Part shown: positions 13,500 to 25,971 of the stretch, piece after piece
Position numbering within the stretch: the first letter of the stretch is position 1
Layout of the letters: the number at the start of each line of letters is the position of its first letter
The notes under the pieces: generated by a model
What the model was told of the DNA's origin: nothing
The model's database searches: none
Seen by the model: only the letters and a program-made list of their open reading frames with translations
Position numbers and translations under genes: made by a program
Source: Octopus bimaculoides
Taxonomy: Eukaryota
DNA: 64,000 bases
Direction: 5' to 3'
Assembly (NCBI RefSeq): GCF_001194135.2
Contig: NC_068998.1
Location: forward strand, 36,289,623-36,353,622

Positions 13500-13857
13500 G
13501 TTTGTCTGACCCTAGTATTATAGAACTGTAGATCGGTATCAATCTTTGTCTACCCTGAATTTTCTCGATCGTCATGGAAATCAATCAGTGAATTGATCTG
13601 AAACCTAAATTGGCGCCAAATCCTCTCAACAAAAGGAATGACATGAAACTGAGGCAATTAATGCCATTAACTCTAGCTACATGTATTTTAGCTTAGCTAA
13701 AACTGGAACGTCTCGGAAGAATTCGCTTAAGACTAAGAACAAAAGTCTCAAATTACTTAAATTCTCAAATTACTAGCAGACGCCCTCCTTTAAAAATGAC
13801 ACACATGCAGCACATAAATAAAATGATCCCATGTAAACGAGAGAGAGGAAGAGTGAA

Positions 13858-13893
<36 letters not shown>

Positions 13894-14082
13894 TGAGAGA
13901 GAGGAGACAGAGAGAGAAAAAAGAGAAAGACTCGAAAAGGAAATCAAGACTATCGAAAATATAAAGACCAATCCTATATTTACAAGAAATAAATACATAA
14001 ATACCTGATTAAAATAAACAAAACTGAGCTCCAAAGCATTACAAAATAACAGGGCCGTTATTGAAGGAAGTGACCCACTTAC

Positions 14083-14179
14083 CGTAGATTTGCCCTCAGT
14101 ATGAGAAGTACTGCAAGGACAATGCCACAGTATTATACCAGTCTGGTATAATGACAAACAAGTAGATGAAACCCCAACA
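14083..14179 (-). CDS. Internal coding exon of gene A, 97 nt: (C)VGVSSTCLSLYQTGIILWHCPCSTSHTEGKST
   Basis: Acceptor ttcttttttcaaaacttgcag and donor ACG|GTAAGT. Open frame, phase 2 in and 0 out, compatible with both neighbours. Confidence 0.55.
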
Positions 14180-14439
14180 CTGCAAGTTTTGAAAAAAGAA
14201 CTGACAACTGTCTATTATGTGGATATAAATGATGGAGTGCTTGTCAAAACTGAAACGGGCCCGCGATAACATCTCATGGCATTCCATTTGTCTTAAAACG
14301 TGCAATGAGATTACTCAAACCACTCCAGATACTTCCCCAAGCTTTCGTAGAAGTGATAAGCTCCTCAAAAATTTCTGCAAAGTACTGTGTTATTTCTGTA
14401 GGGATTGAAGCAAAATAGATGTTAAAGACTAAATTCCTA

Positions 14440-14750
14440 CATCCCTAATATGTTTTTCAGTCATCAGCAAAATCTTAGAAGGAATTATTAAAGAGAAATT
14501 ATTTACGCTTTTGGAAGAAAATTGCTAGGTTTATGCTAAGTGCAGTTTCCGTTAAGGAATAAGCTGCCTCACTCGTTACACGATGATGTTAAAGTAGCTG
14601 TACAATGGATCCTATGTAAATATGATATCCGCGGACTTTGGGAAGGTTTTTCACCTGAAATAATGTCACAGGCAATTTGGAAACACAATGGAGATATTAT
14701 ACTCTAATCGCTAGAATCATTACCAAACGCAACAGTTATAATCAGTAATA
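14440..14750 (+). mobile_element. Decayed CR1/L2-like RT fragment
   Basis: SVISKILEGIIKEKLFTLLEEN, ...GISCLT, ...ADFGKVF resemble the CR1-type RT domains 1-3. Confidence 0.55.
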
Positions 14751-15067
14751 ATTTGCGATGAAGCAGAATGAACGAATTGGCAGAGTAGGGCACCGGATAT
14801 TTGTTTCCACTCTGTGCATTGAGTTCATATCTCATCGAGGTCAACTTTGTCTTTCGGACTTGATAACAAGTTTACCAAGTCAGACGACAGATTGGCGGGT
14901 GATGGATTGGTGGGTGACAGAGCGTCAGAGGAGATGCTGCGCAGTACTTGTTACAGCCTTTTGCGCTCTGACAGTAATCCTTGCGATGACATCATTCCAA
15001 GCTGTAGCTGCTCTTTTGTAGTGATTTTTCCCTTGAAAAGCATCGTTAGAAGAGAGAAGGAGAGGGA

Positions 15068-15105
<38 letters not shown>

Positions 15106-15692
15106 GAGGAGTAATACTTGCATGTTACACTACTAGTCTTCCTCAAAAACCCTTACACAGACCTACATATATATAGACGCAAACAAATTATCAACCTTGA
15201 CCGACAGAAGCACTCTAGACTAATGCACCATTTCCTGCACATACTGAGCACTTTTTTTAGAATATGAGAACCGAATTTCGTTTGGTAAGTCAAGGCTGAA
15301 GGCCTCCAAGCTGATGTTTAAATTAAAAACATTTTCCAGTTCAAGAAGATTGCTACGGTGTATCAGGTGTTTTGCTGACGCGAACGAAAAGTAAAACGAT
15401 AAAGAAGTGATAATATATTAAAAACAAAATATAATAAAATAAATTTATGAAATATGTTTTTAATATTATATTAAAATATGATTTTTGAAAATTACATCCG
15501 GTAAATATGCTTCGTCGATTTTATAATTACATTTCTAATTATACGCTCACTAACTCCACAAATAAAATGAGTAGGGCAAATCAGTTGATCGAACAATAGG
15601 AACAACCATTATCGAAACTGAGGGAGAATTAGATAATATATTATGTTATAAAATACAATACAATATAATATAATGCAATATAATATTAAATA

Positions 15693-16335
15693 AAGGCAGC
15701 GAGTTGGCAGAAACGTTAGCGGTATTTCGTCTGCCATTACGTTCTGAGTTCAAATTCCACCAGGGTCGACTTTGCCTTTCATCTTTTCGGGGGTTGGTAA
15801 ATTAAGCACCAGTTGCGTGCTGAGGTCGATGTAATCGACTGGCCTCCTCCCAAAAGTTTCAGGCCTTGTGCCTAAAGTATGATATTATATTATATTATAT
15901 TATATTATATTATATTATATTATATTATATTATATTATATTATATTATATTATATTATATTATATTATATTATATTATATTATATTATATTATATTATAT
16001 TATATTATATTATATTATATTATATTATATTATATTATATTATATTATATTATATTATATTATATTATATTATATTATATTATATTATATTATATTATAT
16101 TATATTATATTATATTATAGGGTGGTGAGCTGGTCGAACCATTAGCACGCCGGACAAAATCTTTAGCGCCAATTTGTTCGCTCTTTACATTCTGTTTCAA
16201 ATTCCGATGAGATCAACTTTGGCTTTCACCCTTTATGAGTCGATAAAATAAGTCCCAGTTGAGAACTGGAGTCGATGTAATCAGCTTACGCCCACACCCG
16301 AAATTGCTGGCCTTGTGCCAAAATTTGAAACCAGT
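15693..16335 (+). mobile_element. Two tandem SINE S2 copies (15693-15878, 16120-16335) separated by (ATATT)n
   Basis: Family consensus twice. Confidence 0.9.
15882..16118. repeat. (ATATT)n pentamer array, about 47 units
   Basis: Direct. Confidence 0.97.
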
Positions 16336-16379
16336 ATGATACTATATATATATATATATATATATATTCACCTATGTGT

Positions 16380-16809
16380 TTGTGCGGTCGAGCAGATACT
16401 TCCAAACGACGTAACTGAGATTCAGTCCTACTGTCTACTGTGCGGCACTCTAGGCATATGTCCTCGTACCGACCAATGCCTTCTGAATTGATCTGGTGAA
16501 CGAAATCTAAAATCCCATCATTTATATATATATATATATGGAGTCTTTGAGTTTATGTTGTATTAGTCCCGCCACCCGCTTAAAAACTGGTATTGGTTTG
16601 CTTACTTTACGATAAATTAGCAATTCGGCAAAAGAGTCTGACAGAATAAGTACCAGACTAAGAAAAAAGAAAAAAAAAACACCAAAGAGGTCGATTTGTT
16701 TAACTAAACCTTTCAGATCAGTACCCCAGCGTGGCTGCAGTCCAATGATGAAAAGAATGGATTGTAAGTGGATTTGGTAGGCGGAAACTAAAAGAAGCCC
16801 GTCGACTAT

Positions 16810-16810
<1 letters not shown>
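16380..16810 (+). mobile_element. SINE S1, diverged, plus an adjacent partial copy
   Basis: Family consensus segments. Confidence 0.75.
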
Positions 16811-16857
<47 letters not shown>

Positions 16858-17171
16858 CACACACGCACATACACTGGCGGAAACACGTGCCCACGGCTGT
16901 CCCCTTGCCTTCAGGCACTCAGATTGTCTTCCTTTAGTCGTACTTCAAAGTTTGTGAGAATACTTCATTCTAGAAATGATCTCCCTTTCACAATCTCTGT
17001 TGGTCCCTATGGCCACCAAGCGATTGGTGTAACCTGAATGGACACGGAGAACTTTTCAATGAATCAACAAATTAACTTGTATGTCATTCAATATCTCCTT
17101 ATATATCGTTAAAATACATTCTACTCGTCGCTCTGCGTTTTTCCTCTGAGCTCAATTTCTTGTCACCGTCC

Positions 17172-17254
<83 letters not shown>

Positions 17255-17429
17255 CTCCCCCTACACAAACACACACATTCACTAGAAAATACTCTTGATC
17301 ATCCGGGTACTTGCTTCTGATGCTTGAGAAACAGGCATGCGAACAATTGTGATTCTATTCTTACATCTATCAATGCAAACATAGTTAAAATCTATGAAAC
17401 GTGTCAGTGCCCTGTTCTTTCGTTTGTAC

Positions 17430-17476
17430 GTCTCTCTCTCTCTCTCTCTCACTCTGTCTGTCTGTCTCTCTTTATC

Positions 17477-17551
<75 letters not shown>

Positions 17552-17612
17552 CTGTCTGTCTGTCTATGTAGCTAGCTAACTGTCAATGTATCTCTCTCTT
17601 TCCCACTCCCTC

Positions 17613-17664
<52 letters not shown>

Positions 17665-17668
17665 TCCT

Positions 17669-17707
<39 letters not shown>

Positions 17708-17720
17708 GTCTGTCTGCCTG

Positions 17721-17767
<47 letters not shown>

Positions 17768-17830
17768 GCCTGCCTGTCTGTATGTTTGTCTGTCTGTCTG
17801 TCTGTCTGTCTTTCTGTCTGTCTGTCTTTA
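17430..17830. repeat. Compound (TC)/(TCTA)/(TTTC)/(TGTC) microsatellite
   Basis: Direct. Confidence 0.95.
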
Positions 17831-18521
17831 TGTATTTATGTATGTAAGTAGGTGCGTATTTGCATGTGTATGCGTGTCTGTGTAAAGAACCAATAAAATA
17901 ATCAGTCAATTGAACAACTAATCGACCTATCTATCTTCTTTAGATGCCTACTGACTTCCATTCATCCATCCATCCACCCAACCATCCATCTTTCCATCCA
18001 TCCATCCATCTTTCTTTGACCCAGGATAATCAACTTATCTTCATCAGCCCTATAGTACCAACATCATCATCACTGTCATTATCACGAATATCATCAAAAC
18101 TTTAAAAATCACAGACCATAACGCATCTGCATTGGTGTAGTAGACGAAAAACTTAAAATCTCTTTCCATGGAAGTCTGTGTGTTAAGAGATATATAGATT
18201 CCGTGAAGATATTGCACTTGAAATTAGTATTACTTACAAATTAACTTCAAAGATGTTAACATATGGTTGCAGCTTGATAATTAATTTTCACTGGAGATAA
18301 TTGGCAAGTAGAACCAGTTTTCTTTGTCTATGGTAATAAATAAAGTAGATGTAGCTGTTGTCTGAAAAGCTCGATAGCTTCTACAACACTGATGTATGTA
18401 TACATACATACATGCATACATACACACACACACACACACACGCATACATACATACATACATATACTAAAGTATAAAGATATATGTATACATATACATACA
18501 TATATATACATACATGCATAC

Positions 18522-18554
<33 letters not shown>

Positions 18555-18960
18555 ATACAATATAGGATAAAATCTTNNNNNNNNNNNNNNNNNNNNNNNN
18601 NNNNNNNNNNNNNNNNNNNNNNNNNNNNNNNNNNNNNNNNNNNNNNNNNNNNNNNNNNNNNNNNNNNNNNNNNNNNNNNNNNNNNNNNNNNNNNNNNNNN
18701 NNNNNNNNNNNNNNNNNNNNNNNNNNNNNNNNNNNNNNNNNNNNNNNNNNNNNNNNNNNNNNNNNNNNNNNNNNNNNNNNNNNNNNNNNNNNNNNNNNNN
18801 NNNNNNNNNNNNNNNNNNNNNNNNNNNNNNNNNNNNNNNNNNNNNNNNNNNNNNNNNNNNNNNNNNNNNNNNNNNNNNNNNNNNNNNNNNNNNNNNNNNN
18901 NNNNNNNNNNNNNNNNNNNNNNNNNNNNNNNNNNNNNNNNNNNNNNNNNNNNNNNNNNNN

Positions 18961-19001
<41 letters not shown>

Positions 19002-20179
19002 ATATATATGTATATGTTAATATAAGTGTATATTTAAGTCTCTCTCAATATATGTTCGTGCGCGCGCACGTGTGTGTACAGACAGAAAGTGAAAAGTGGG
19101 ATAGATATAGGAGAGCTAAAATCATACGAACTACAGATCACTCTATTGAGATTTATGATATTTTCTTCCTATAATTGAAAATCCTGAAACTACGCAGTTT
19201 ATTCAACCGCGTTTTGAAAAAATACTTTGTAAAGCATCACTTTTGTGTTGTAGAACTGAGGTATTTCTCTTTAGAAGTAAATGAATTTCAAGCGAAAAAT
19301 AAAATGAAAAAGTTTGAAAAACGAGAACAAAACGAAAATGAGTAAAGTCTTACGTAAGATCAATACTTTACCAATAGAAGGAGGGAATAAAGGAAAGAAA
19401 CGAAGGAAAGGAAGAATAGAGAAAGGATTGCAAGGAGAAATGAAAATGAGACAAGAATTGCGAGTGAATATGTATGTATGCCTGTGATTATGTGTAATTA
19501 GTCAGGTGAAGGTGGAGTAGCGAGTTAAGTAATAGGCGCTTCTCAGAATGTCTGCATTTTCTTAAAATTTCCGTTCTAGGGTTCAAATCGCAATCATCTT
19601 TATACAAATATTTTGAGAATTCTTTTTTAACACTGAGGGGCAAAGATAACATTTTGTTTTCATTCTGGGAATTTCATCATACGTTTATTTCCAATTTAAT
19701 GTTGCAGTCAGAAGTTTCCTTCTAATTACCGATGCAGTCGTCTAGTTTTTTCGCATTTCTCTTCAATATGCTGAAGAAGTCTTTTCTTGCATTTCCCTTC
19801 AGTAATACTTATGTATCACTTATGACTTGGGATCGTTTTAGCGAAGCATACACTAATTCATAAATTATGGCTTCTGTATTGCAAGACTAACTTATAGGTA
19901 AGTATTACGGTTCCTGCATGAACATGTGGCCTCAGTTTTATTGGGGAAACTAGTTTCTTATTCGTGATACAGCTATAGCTTAATTTAAGATTGTGACTTT
20001 AAAGAAATATTTTTATATTTATATTCGTTAGTGTTGTATTATTCTGTTCAATTCAGAAAGGTTTTGCGATAAAAGATTTAACATTAAGAGAAAAGAGCTA
20101 TGTGAACGATATGATTTTACGACGCATTTTCTTAGTTGAGTCAATAATATCCTTTCTACGATTGACCAAAGCCTAAATT

Positions 20180-20310
20180 TTTGAGGGATCTCCAGTGTTC
20201 AACTGGTACTTATTTTATCGATTCCCAAAATATGAAAAGCAAAGTCAATTTCGGCGGCCGAAATACCGTTAAGTATTTTCTATAGCGTGCTAATGATCGC
20301 CAGCTCACTG
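20180..20310 (-). mobile_element. SINE S2 partial
   Basis: actggtacttattttatcga...aaagtcaa...gaaataccgttaag. Confidence 0.75.
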
Positions 20311-20852
20311 CATTAGTTCAATTGATAATATCAATAATACACATATCTCTAGTTTTATTAAATTTAATATTGTTGAATTTTATTCCTCAGTATCTTACTA
20401 GAATACATATTAGCTCGAAAGATTTCAGCATAATAGCATTAAGGGAAGTTTGAGTGGACATATCAACAATAGCAAAAGAGGTGAAAAGTTCCTGTAAGAT
20501 TGTTGTAATTTATCTCTTGACAGATCTCTGATCAAATTCTCCGGTCGTGATAATCCAGTCGTTTTTCAGGCATTAATTATATCTAGAACTACAATAATGT
20601 ATGAGCCCTTCCTTTTTTTAGTACACTAAGATGTAAGTGTTCGGAAGATTTGATTGCTATTTCGATTTTATGACTAACATTTTATTACAACGGGCAGAAA
20701 AACTTATGTGCTCGTAATACTCGCTTACTTCATTTACAAGAAATAGCGGAAAAGTCTTCAAATAGCATACCCTTCCATCTTAAGAAAAGAATTCACTTTA
20801 GATATATTATGCCTGAAAAAAAAAAAAAAAGAGATTGGTTATTCCGAGCTAG

Positions 20853-21080
20853 AACTTCACTGATTGTAAATCTGGTCTATTATGGTTTGCTTTGAGGCCA
20901 AACAAAAACAATGCCATCGAATGTGTCGAATATGTTGTACACCAGAGTGCACCAGACTGCAGGGTAGAGGTGGTGGAAGGATGCTCATTTAAAAATCCTA
21001 CTATATTTAAGTACCTTAACATTCTAAGGTCCAAACCTGTCTTACAATCCTCAAGGATCGATGAAATAGAGTACCAGTAA
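20853..21080 (+). CDS. Candidate terminal coding exon (gene B): NFTDCKSGLLWFALRPNKNNAIECVEYVVHQSAPDCRVEVVEGCSFKNPTIFKYLNILRSKPVLQSSRIDEIEYQ*
   Basis: 76 codons of non-repetitive open frame after an AG, two AATAAA 70-80 nt after the stop, and motif similarity to the 35380 exon. The acceptor is weak. Confidence 0.4.
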   Translation, partial: NFTDCKSGLLWFALRPNKNNAIECVEYVVHQSAPDCRVEVVEGCSFKNPTIFKYLNILRSKPVLQSSRIDEIEYQ

Positions 21081-21240
21081 TATACTGATTTTCATATAAT
21101 TGACTATATCATTTCTTTTATAAACTTGTGGTTATTAGTATCACAAAAATAAAAATCAATAAAAGGCTTATCTTATTCAGCTATTTTCAACACAATTCAT
21201 ATAACATGCCGCAAAAATTAAGACAAGGTAATTATCTTAC

Positions 21241-21300
21241 CAAGTGAACATCAATATTCTGTAGTAAATTTGTCGGAACAGATAGGATATATCATCAGCT
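21241..21300 (-). CDS. Internal coding exon of gene A, 60 nt: ADDISYLFRQIYYRILMFT(C)
   Basis: Acceptor gatattttgctgtcag after a (TC)n tract, donor TTG|GTAAGA. Phase 2 out matches the 14179 exon. Confidence 0.5.
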
Positions 21301-21318
21301 CTGACAGCAAAATATCCG

Positions 21319-21397
<79 letters not shown>

Positions 21398-21690
21398 TGA
21401 AAGGGAGAGAGTGAGAGCAAGAGGGAGAGAGAGAGAGATCGAATAAGAGAGAGTCATCCCTTTCTCTCCCACAAGCTCTCTTAGAATATTCCATTTACTT
21501 CCCCTATAATCGTTGTCAACTTAACTTAGTGACCAGGTGCAACACAGCATAAGGTTTCGAGCCAGTATTTAGCAATGATTTGACTATATGGGGAGCAAGG
21601 ACGACATAAAATACAATTTTTAGGATAGTTCACAAACCAATTTGACTATAATAATTGTTTCTTCATATAACTGTATCTTCCTGTCTGTCT

Positions 21691-21761
<71 letters not shown>

Positions 21762-21853
21762 TACACACACACACACACACGCATACACACACACACACAC
21801 GCATACATACACACACACACACACACACACGCACGCACACACATATATATAAA

Positions 21854-22306
21854 TTAATAATTAAGGGTACTTGCAAATAGTACCGGCATGCTAAATATAG
21901 CAGCGAAAATTACCAAAGCGCAAGTTTTCACTCAAATGCAAAGGTGAAAGCGGGGAAATGAATAAAGATCCTAAAACCCTGTTACCCGTATCACCGTGAT
22001 TTCAAACTTTGAGAAATACTCTTAGTTCATCTTCAGCGAGTCTTACTGAATAAGCTCTATAACCCTGGGGTCAATAAGACTCATTGAAGATGAACTAAGA
22101 GTCTTTCTCAAAGTTTAAAATCACGGTGATACGGGTATGTCTGACTTTTTCAATTTTCGATTATTTTCCTCATTGGTACGGGGTCTTAGGATCCTTATTC
22201 ATTTGCCCGCTTTCCTCATTGTGTTTAAGTGAAAACTTGTGGTTTGGTCATTTTCACCGCTATATTTAGCATGCCGGTACTGCCTGTAAGTACCCTTAAT
22301 TATTAA
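21854..22306. mobile_element. Fold-back element or MITE (about 200-bp inverted arms), TTAA-GGG...CCC-TTAA ends
   Basis: Arms 21854-22050 and 22070-22306 are reverse complements with scattered mismatches and an insertion of about 40 nt in the right arm. Confidence 0.8.
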
Positions 22307-22394
22307 CTGATGATATTTTACCGTTATGGGTTTTTTACGCATGCTAAGCCACTGACATTATAAACAATATTACCCTCATATATATTTATATATA

Positions 22395-22477
<83 letters not shown>

Positions 22478-22610
22478 ATTTGTGTATGTATGTGTGTATA
22501 TATGTATAAGTTCAATTAAGTCTCGATTCAAGATTTTAGAAATTAATTAGTATAACTAAAAACATTTTAAAGTTGAATCTCATCGGTGGTGGAAAAAGAT
22601 ATACCCTTAC

Positions 22611-22653
22611 ATTTTCATATTATTGCGTTGAGTGTAGGGAACAAATTCACTAA
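22611..22653 (-). CDS. Weak candidate further-upstream exon of gene A: SEFVPYTQRNNMK(I)
   Basis: Acceptor catttatcag, donor AAT|GTAAGG, phase-compatible and open. Short enough to be chance. Confidence 0.2.
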
Positions 22654-22924
22654 CTGATAAATGATTTGTAGAAAGAACATGGTACAAACCTTACAAAGGG
22701 GAGGGGGGCGTATATTTATTTATTTATTTTTTATTTATTTATGTGTTTCAGCCAAGTGGCTGCGGTCATGCTGTTATTGAAATGAAAACAAAAATAAATA
22801 AGATATGGCAATAAAACATATATATCTCTAAAGTATAATTAAGTATCAAATAAAAGTAATTGTGAATGTGGTTATAAAAATATAGGTAGTAATATATTAT
22901 GGGTAGCTATTGATATGTATGTAT

Positions 22925-23110
22925 GACCGCGTGTGCATCGTTGGCGATTTTCTTTCTCCGTCTTCACTTCTTTGGATTTTTTCTATATTTTTGATGAAGA
23001 GCACCGCTCGAAACGTGAACTCCTCTTTCTTTTCTTTCCTTTCCTGAGCGTCCAATAACACTGTACTTATTCCACGTCCTCGTGTTGTTGTTTTTTTTCT
23101 TGCTTGTTCA
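22925..23110 (+). mobile_element. Short interspersed repeat carrying a decayed minimal hammerhead motif (PLE-LTR or retrozyme-like)
   Basis: TTGATGA-A-GAGC acc GCTC-GAAACGT at 22991-23016. Confidence 0.4.
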
Positions 23111-23264
23111 TCTTTGGAGAGAATATGTACGTGTGCATATACATTTGTGAATTTGTTTTGAAAGATTCTTGACGCAAACTCGTGTATTGAAACAGTTATT
23201 GCTATATTTAGGGACGGTCATTTCGCCAATAAACATACGTAATATTCTTCTTCTTCTTGATACC

Positions 23265-23340
23265 AGTAGAGCACTGGGATCGATGTCACCGACTTGTTCC
23301 TCACCCCAAATTGCTGGCCTTGTGCCAAAATTTGAGACTA
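23265..23340 (+). mobile_element. SINE S2 3' end
   Basis: gagcactgggatcgatg...attgctggccttgtgccaaaatttgag. Confidence 0.8.
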
Positions 23341-23409
23341 TCATCAATATTATTATTATTGTTGTTGCTGTTGTTGTTGCTGCTTCTGCTGTTATTGTTT
23401 ATTTGTCAG

Positions 23410-23515
23410 AGTTCTTTCGTCACACATTATGTGACCTCTTCAATGACTACCTGTTCTTCTCGTGTTCCCTCTTTCCTCTGGCATTGTCCTATGTACTCCA
23501 TCTTGTCATTTTGTG
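23410..23515 (+). CDS. Candidate hydrophobic coding exon: (E)FFRHTLCDLFNDYLFFSCSLFPLALSYVLHLVIL(W)
   Basis: Acceptor ttattgtttatttgtcag, donor TG|GTATGT, open frame resembling a transmembrane segment. Confidence 0.4.
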
Positions 23516-23685
23516 GTATGTATCGCTATCTCTAAGGTAAACTTACGTGGACCTTTTTAATAAACTTGCGGTTTTGGCCTCGTTGTGGCCACGGTCTCAA
23601 CATTTCCCAGCAATGCTAAAAATGTGTTTACTAAAACAAATACATGTAAGTTTATCCCATATTTTTCTTATTTTCTTTCTTTTTC

Positions 23686-23732
<47 letters not shown>

Positions 23733-23822
23733 TTTTCTCTCACTATGTGTGAGCGTGTGTGCGTGTTGATGTGTGTGCGCGTGAAGTGAGAGAAACAGAG
23801 AGTGAAAGAGAAAAACTATGTA

Positions 23823-23878
<56 letters not shown>

Positions 23879-24023
23879 AATCTATCCATCTATCTGTAGG
23901 TCTGTCTGTCTGTTTGTCTATATAATCCCCTCGTATTATAAACACATGCACACAAATATATTTTTCTTCATAAAGGTTTACTTTAGAAATGTACGCACGC
24001 AAACACACGCATATCATATGTAA

Positions 24024-24065
<42 letters not shown>

Positions 24066-24585
24066 NNNNNNNNNNNNNNNNNNNNNNNNNNNNNNNNNNN
24101 NNNNNNNNNNNNNNNNNNNNNNNNNNNNNNNNNNNNNNNNNNNNNNNNNNNNNNNNNNNNNNNNNNNNNNNNNNNNNNNNNNNNNNNNNNNNNNNNNNNN
24201 NNNNNNNNNNNNNNNNNNNNNNNNNNNNNNNNNNNNNNNNNNNNNNNNNNNNNNNNNNNNNNNNNNNNNNNNNNNNNNNNNNNNNNNNNNNNNNNNNNNN
24301 NNNNNNNNNNNNNNNNNNNNNNNNNNNNNNNNNNNNNNNNNNNNNNNNNNNNNNNNNNNNNNNNNNNNNNNNNNNNNNNNNNNNNNNNNNNNNNNNNNNN
24401 NNNNNNNNNNNNNNNNNNNNNNNNNNNNNNNNNNNNNNNNNNNNNNNNNNNNNNNNNNNNNNNNNNNNNNNNNNNNNNNNNNNNNNNNNNNNNNNNNNNN
24501 NNNNNNNNNNNNNNNNNNNNNNNNNNNNNNNNNNNNNNNNNNNNNNNNNNNNNNNNAGAGAGAGAAAGTGTGAAAGAGAGAGAGA

Positions 24586-24628
<43 letters not shown>

Positions 24629-25124
24629 ACTAAGATGATGGAGACGAGGAATAAAAATCTAAGTTGGGGGAGGAGGCATCAAACGAAAAGGGATGGGAGA
24701 ATTTTTTTTTTTTTGAAAATAATTATTCTGTGAATAATTACCCTGATGAAGAGAAGTGCTCGTAGACCTTTCAGCCTCGCCACTACCACAGACCCGGAGA
24801 TTGGTGCGGTCGATGTAGTTGTTGCTTCAATTAGAAATTCTACATGCTGTTGTCGGTAAAGAAAAAATTGTTGCGTATAACATGTTTCACGGTTGAGAAG
24901 AAGGAAGAGGGGATATCATTAGAGAGGATGTGGACGGATTTGGTGCAGTGTTTTTAGAGCAAGAGTATGTAGGTGAGGAGATTTGGTAAGTACGAAGAAA
25001 GGGGGGGAAAAAGAGGGCGGAATAGGGTGGAATGACATTTTGGATAATGTACTTCTGAGTGCATTAGATATGTGTGATTAAAGTTAATTTAGAGCTACAT
25101 GACAATAACAACAACAATTACAAT

Positions 25125-25199
25125 AAGAGGAAGGGGTAAGTCGATATCATCGACTTCAGTGCCCAAATGGTACCTATTTTATCATCCCCGAAAGGATGA

Positions 25200-25200
<1 letters not shown>
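25125..25200 (-). mobile_element. SINE S2 partial
   Basis: taagtcgatatcatcgac...tggtacctattttatcatccccgaaaggatgaa. Confidence 0.75.
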
Positions 25201-25269
<69 letters not shown>

Positions 25270-25282
25270 GTAATAATAATAA

Positions 25283-25656
25283 TAATAATAATAGATGCAG
25301 TACCATGCCCGGATGCAGTACCAGGCAGTGGCTCTCATGGCTTCTGATCTTAATTGATTGGAAGTGTTATCATGTACTTTGTTTTGTATTGGTATAAAAA
25401 GATGGGCTCCTGCAAATATTCTGCTTAATACCACAGATTTGCTTGTCAGTTGTTTGACCTTAACCAGTCGAGCATGTTCCTTGGTGGCTGACGATATGTG
25501 CATCTCTGATCACGAGCAGAAGTAGTAGGGGAGCATCATAGCCATGTGTTGAGAGGAATTCTTTGGGGTTTGAATAATTCACCTTTGGAAACATGGGTGT
25601 TTTGTTCAACATCCTTAAAAAACCTTATTCAGGGACCTTTTGAGCGGGATGGGCTA
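25283..25656 (+). mobile_element. Probable non-coding 3' region of a LINE-related repeat starting right after (AAT)n
   Basis: Non-coding, follows an (AAT)n array at the start of the Dong/R4 nest and runs into a gap. Family assignment is inference. Confidence 0.4.
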
Positions 25657-25971
25657 NNNNNNNNNNNNNNNNNNNNNNNNNNNNNNNNNNNNNNNNNNNN
25701 NNNNNNNNNNNNNNNNNNNNNNNNNNNNNNNNNNNNNNNNNNNNNNNNNNNNNNNNNNNNNNNNNNNNNNNNNNNNNNNNNNNNNNNNNNNNNNNNNNNN
25801 NNNNNNNNNNNNNNNNNNNNNNNNNNNNNNNNNNNNNNNNNNNNNNNNNNNNNNNNNNNNNNNNNNNNNNNNNNNNNNNNNNNNNNNNNNNNNNNNNNNN
25901 NNNNNNNNNNNNNNNNNNNNNNNNNNNNNNNNNNNNNNNNNNNNNNNNNNNNNNNNNNNNNNNNNNNNNNN

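Noticed and set aside
14925-15060. Minus-strand exon candidate KNHYKRAATAWNDVIARITVRAQKA within gene A
   Set aside because: The open frame is not phase-compatible with the flanking gene A exons and no clear donor is present.
23545-23625. Minus-strand exon candidate HCWEMLRPWPQRGQNRKFIKKVH
   Set aside because: Phase 0 does not join gene A's next exons; such AG/GT pairs are common by chance.
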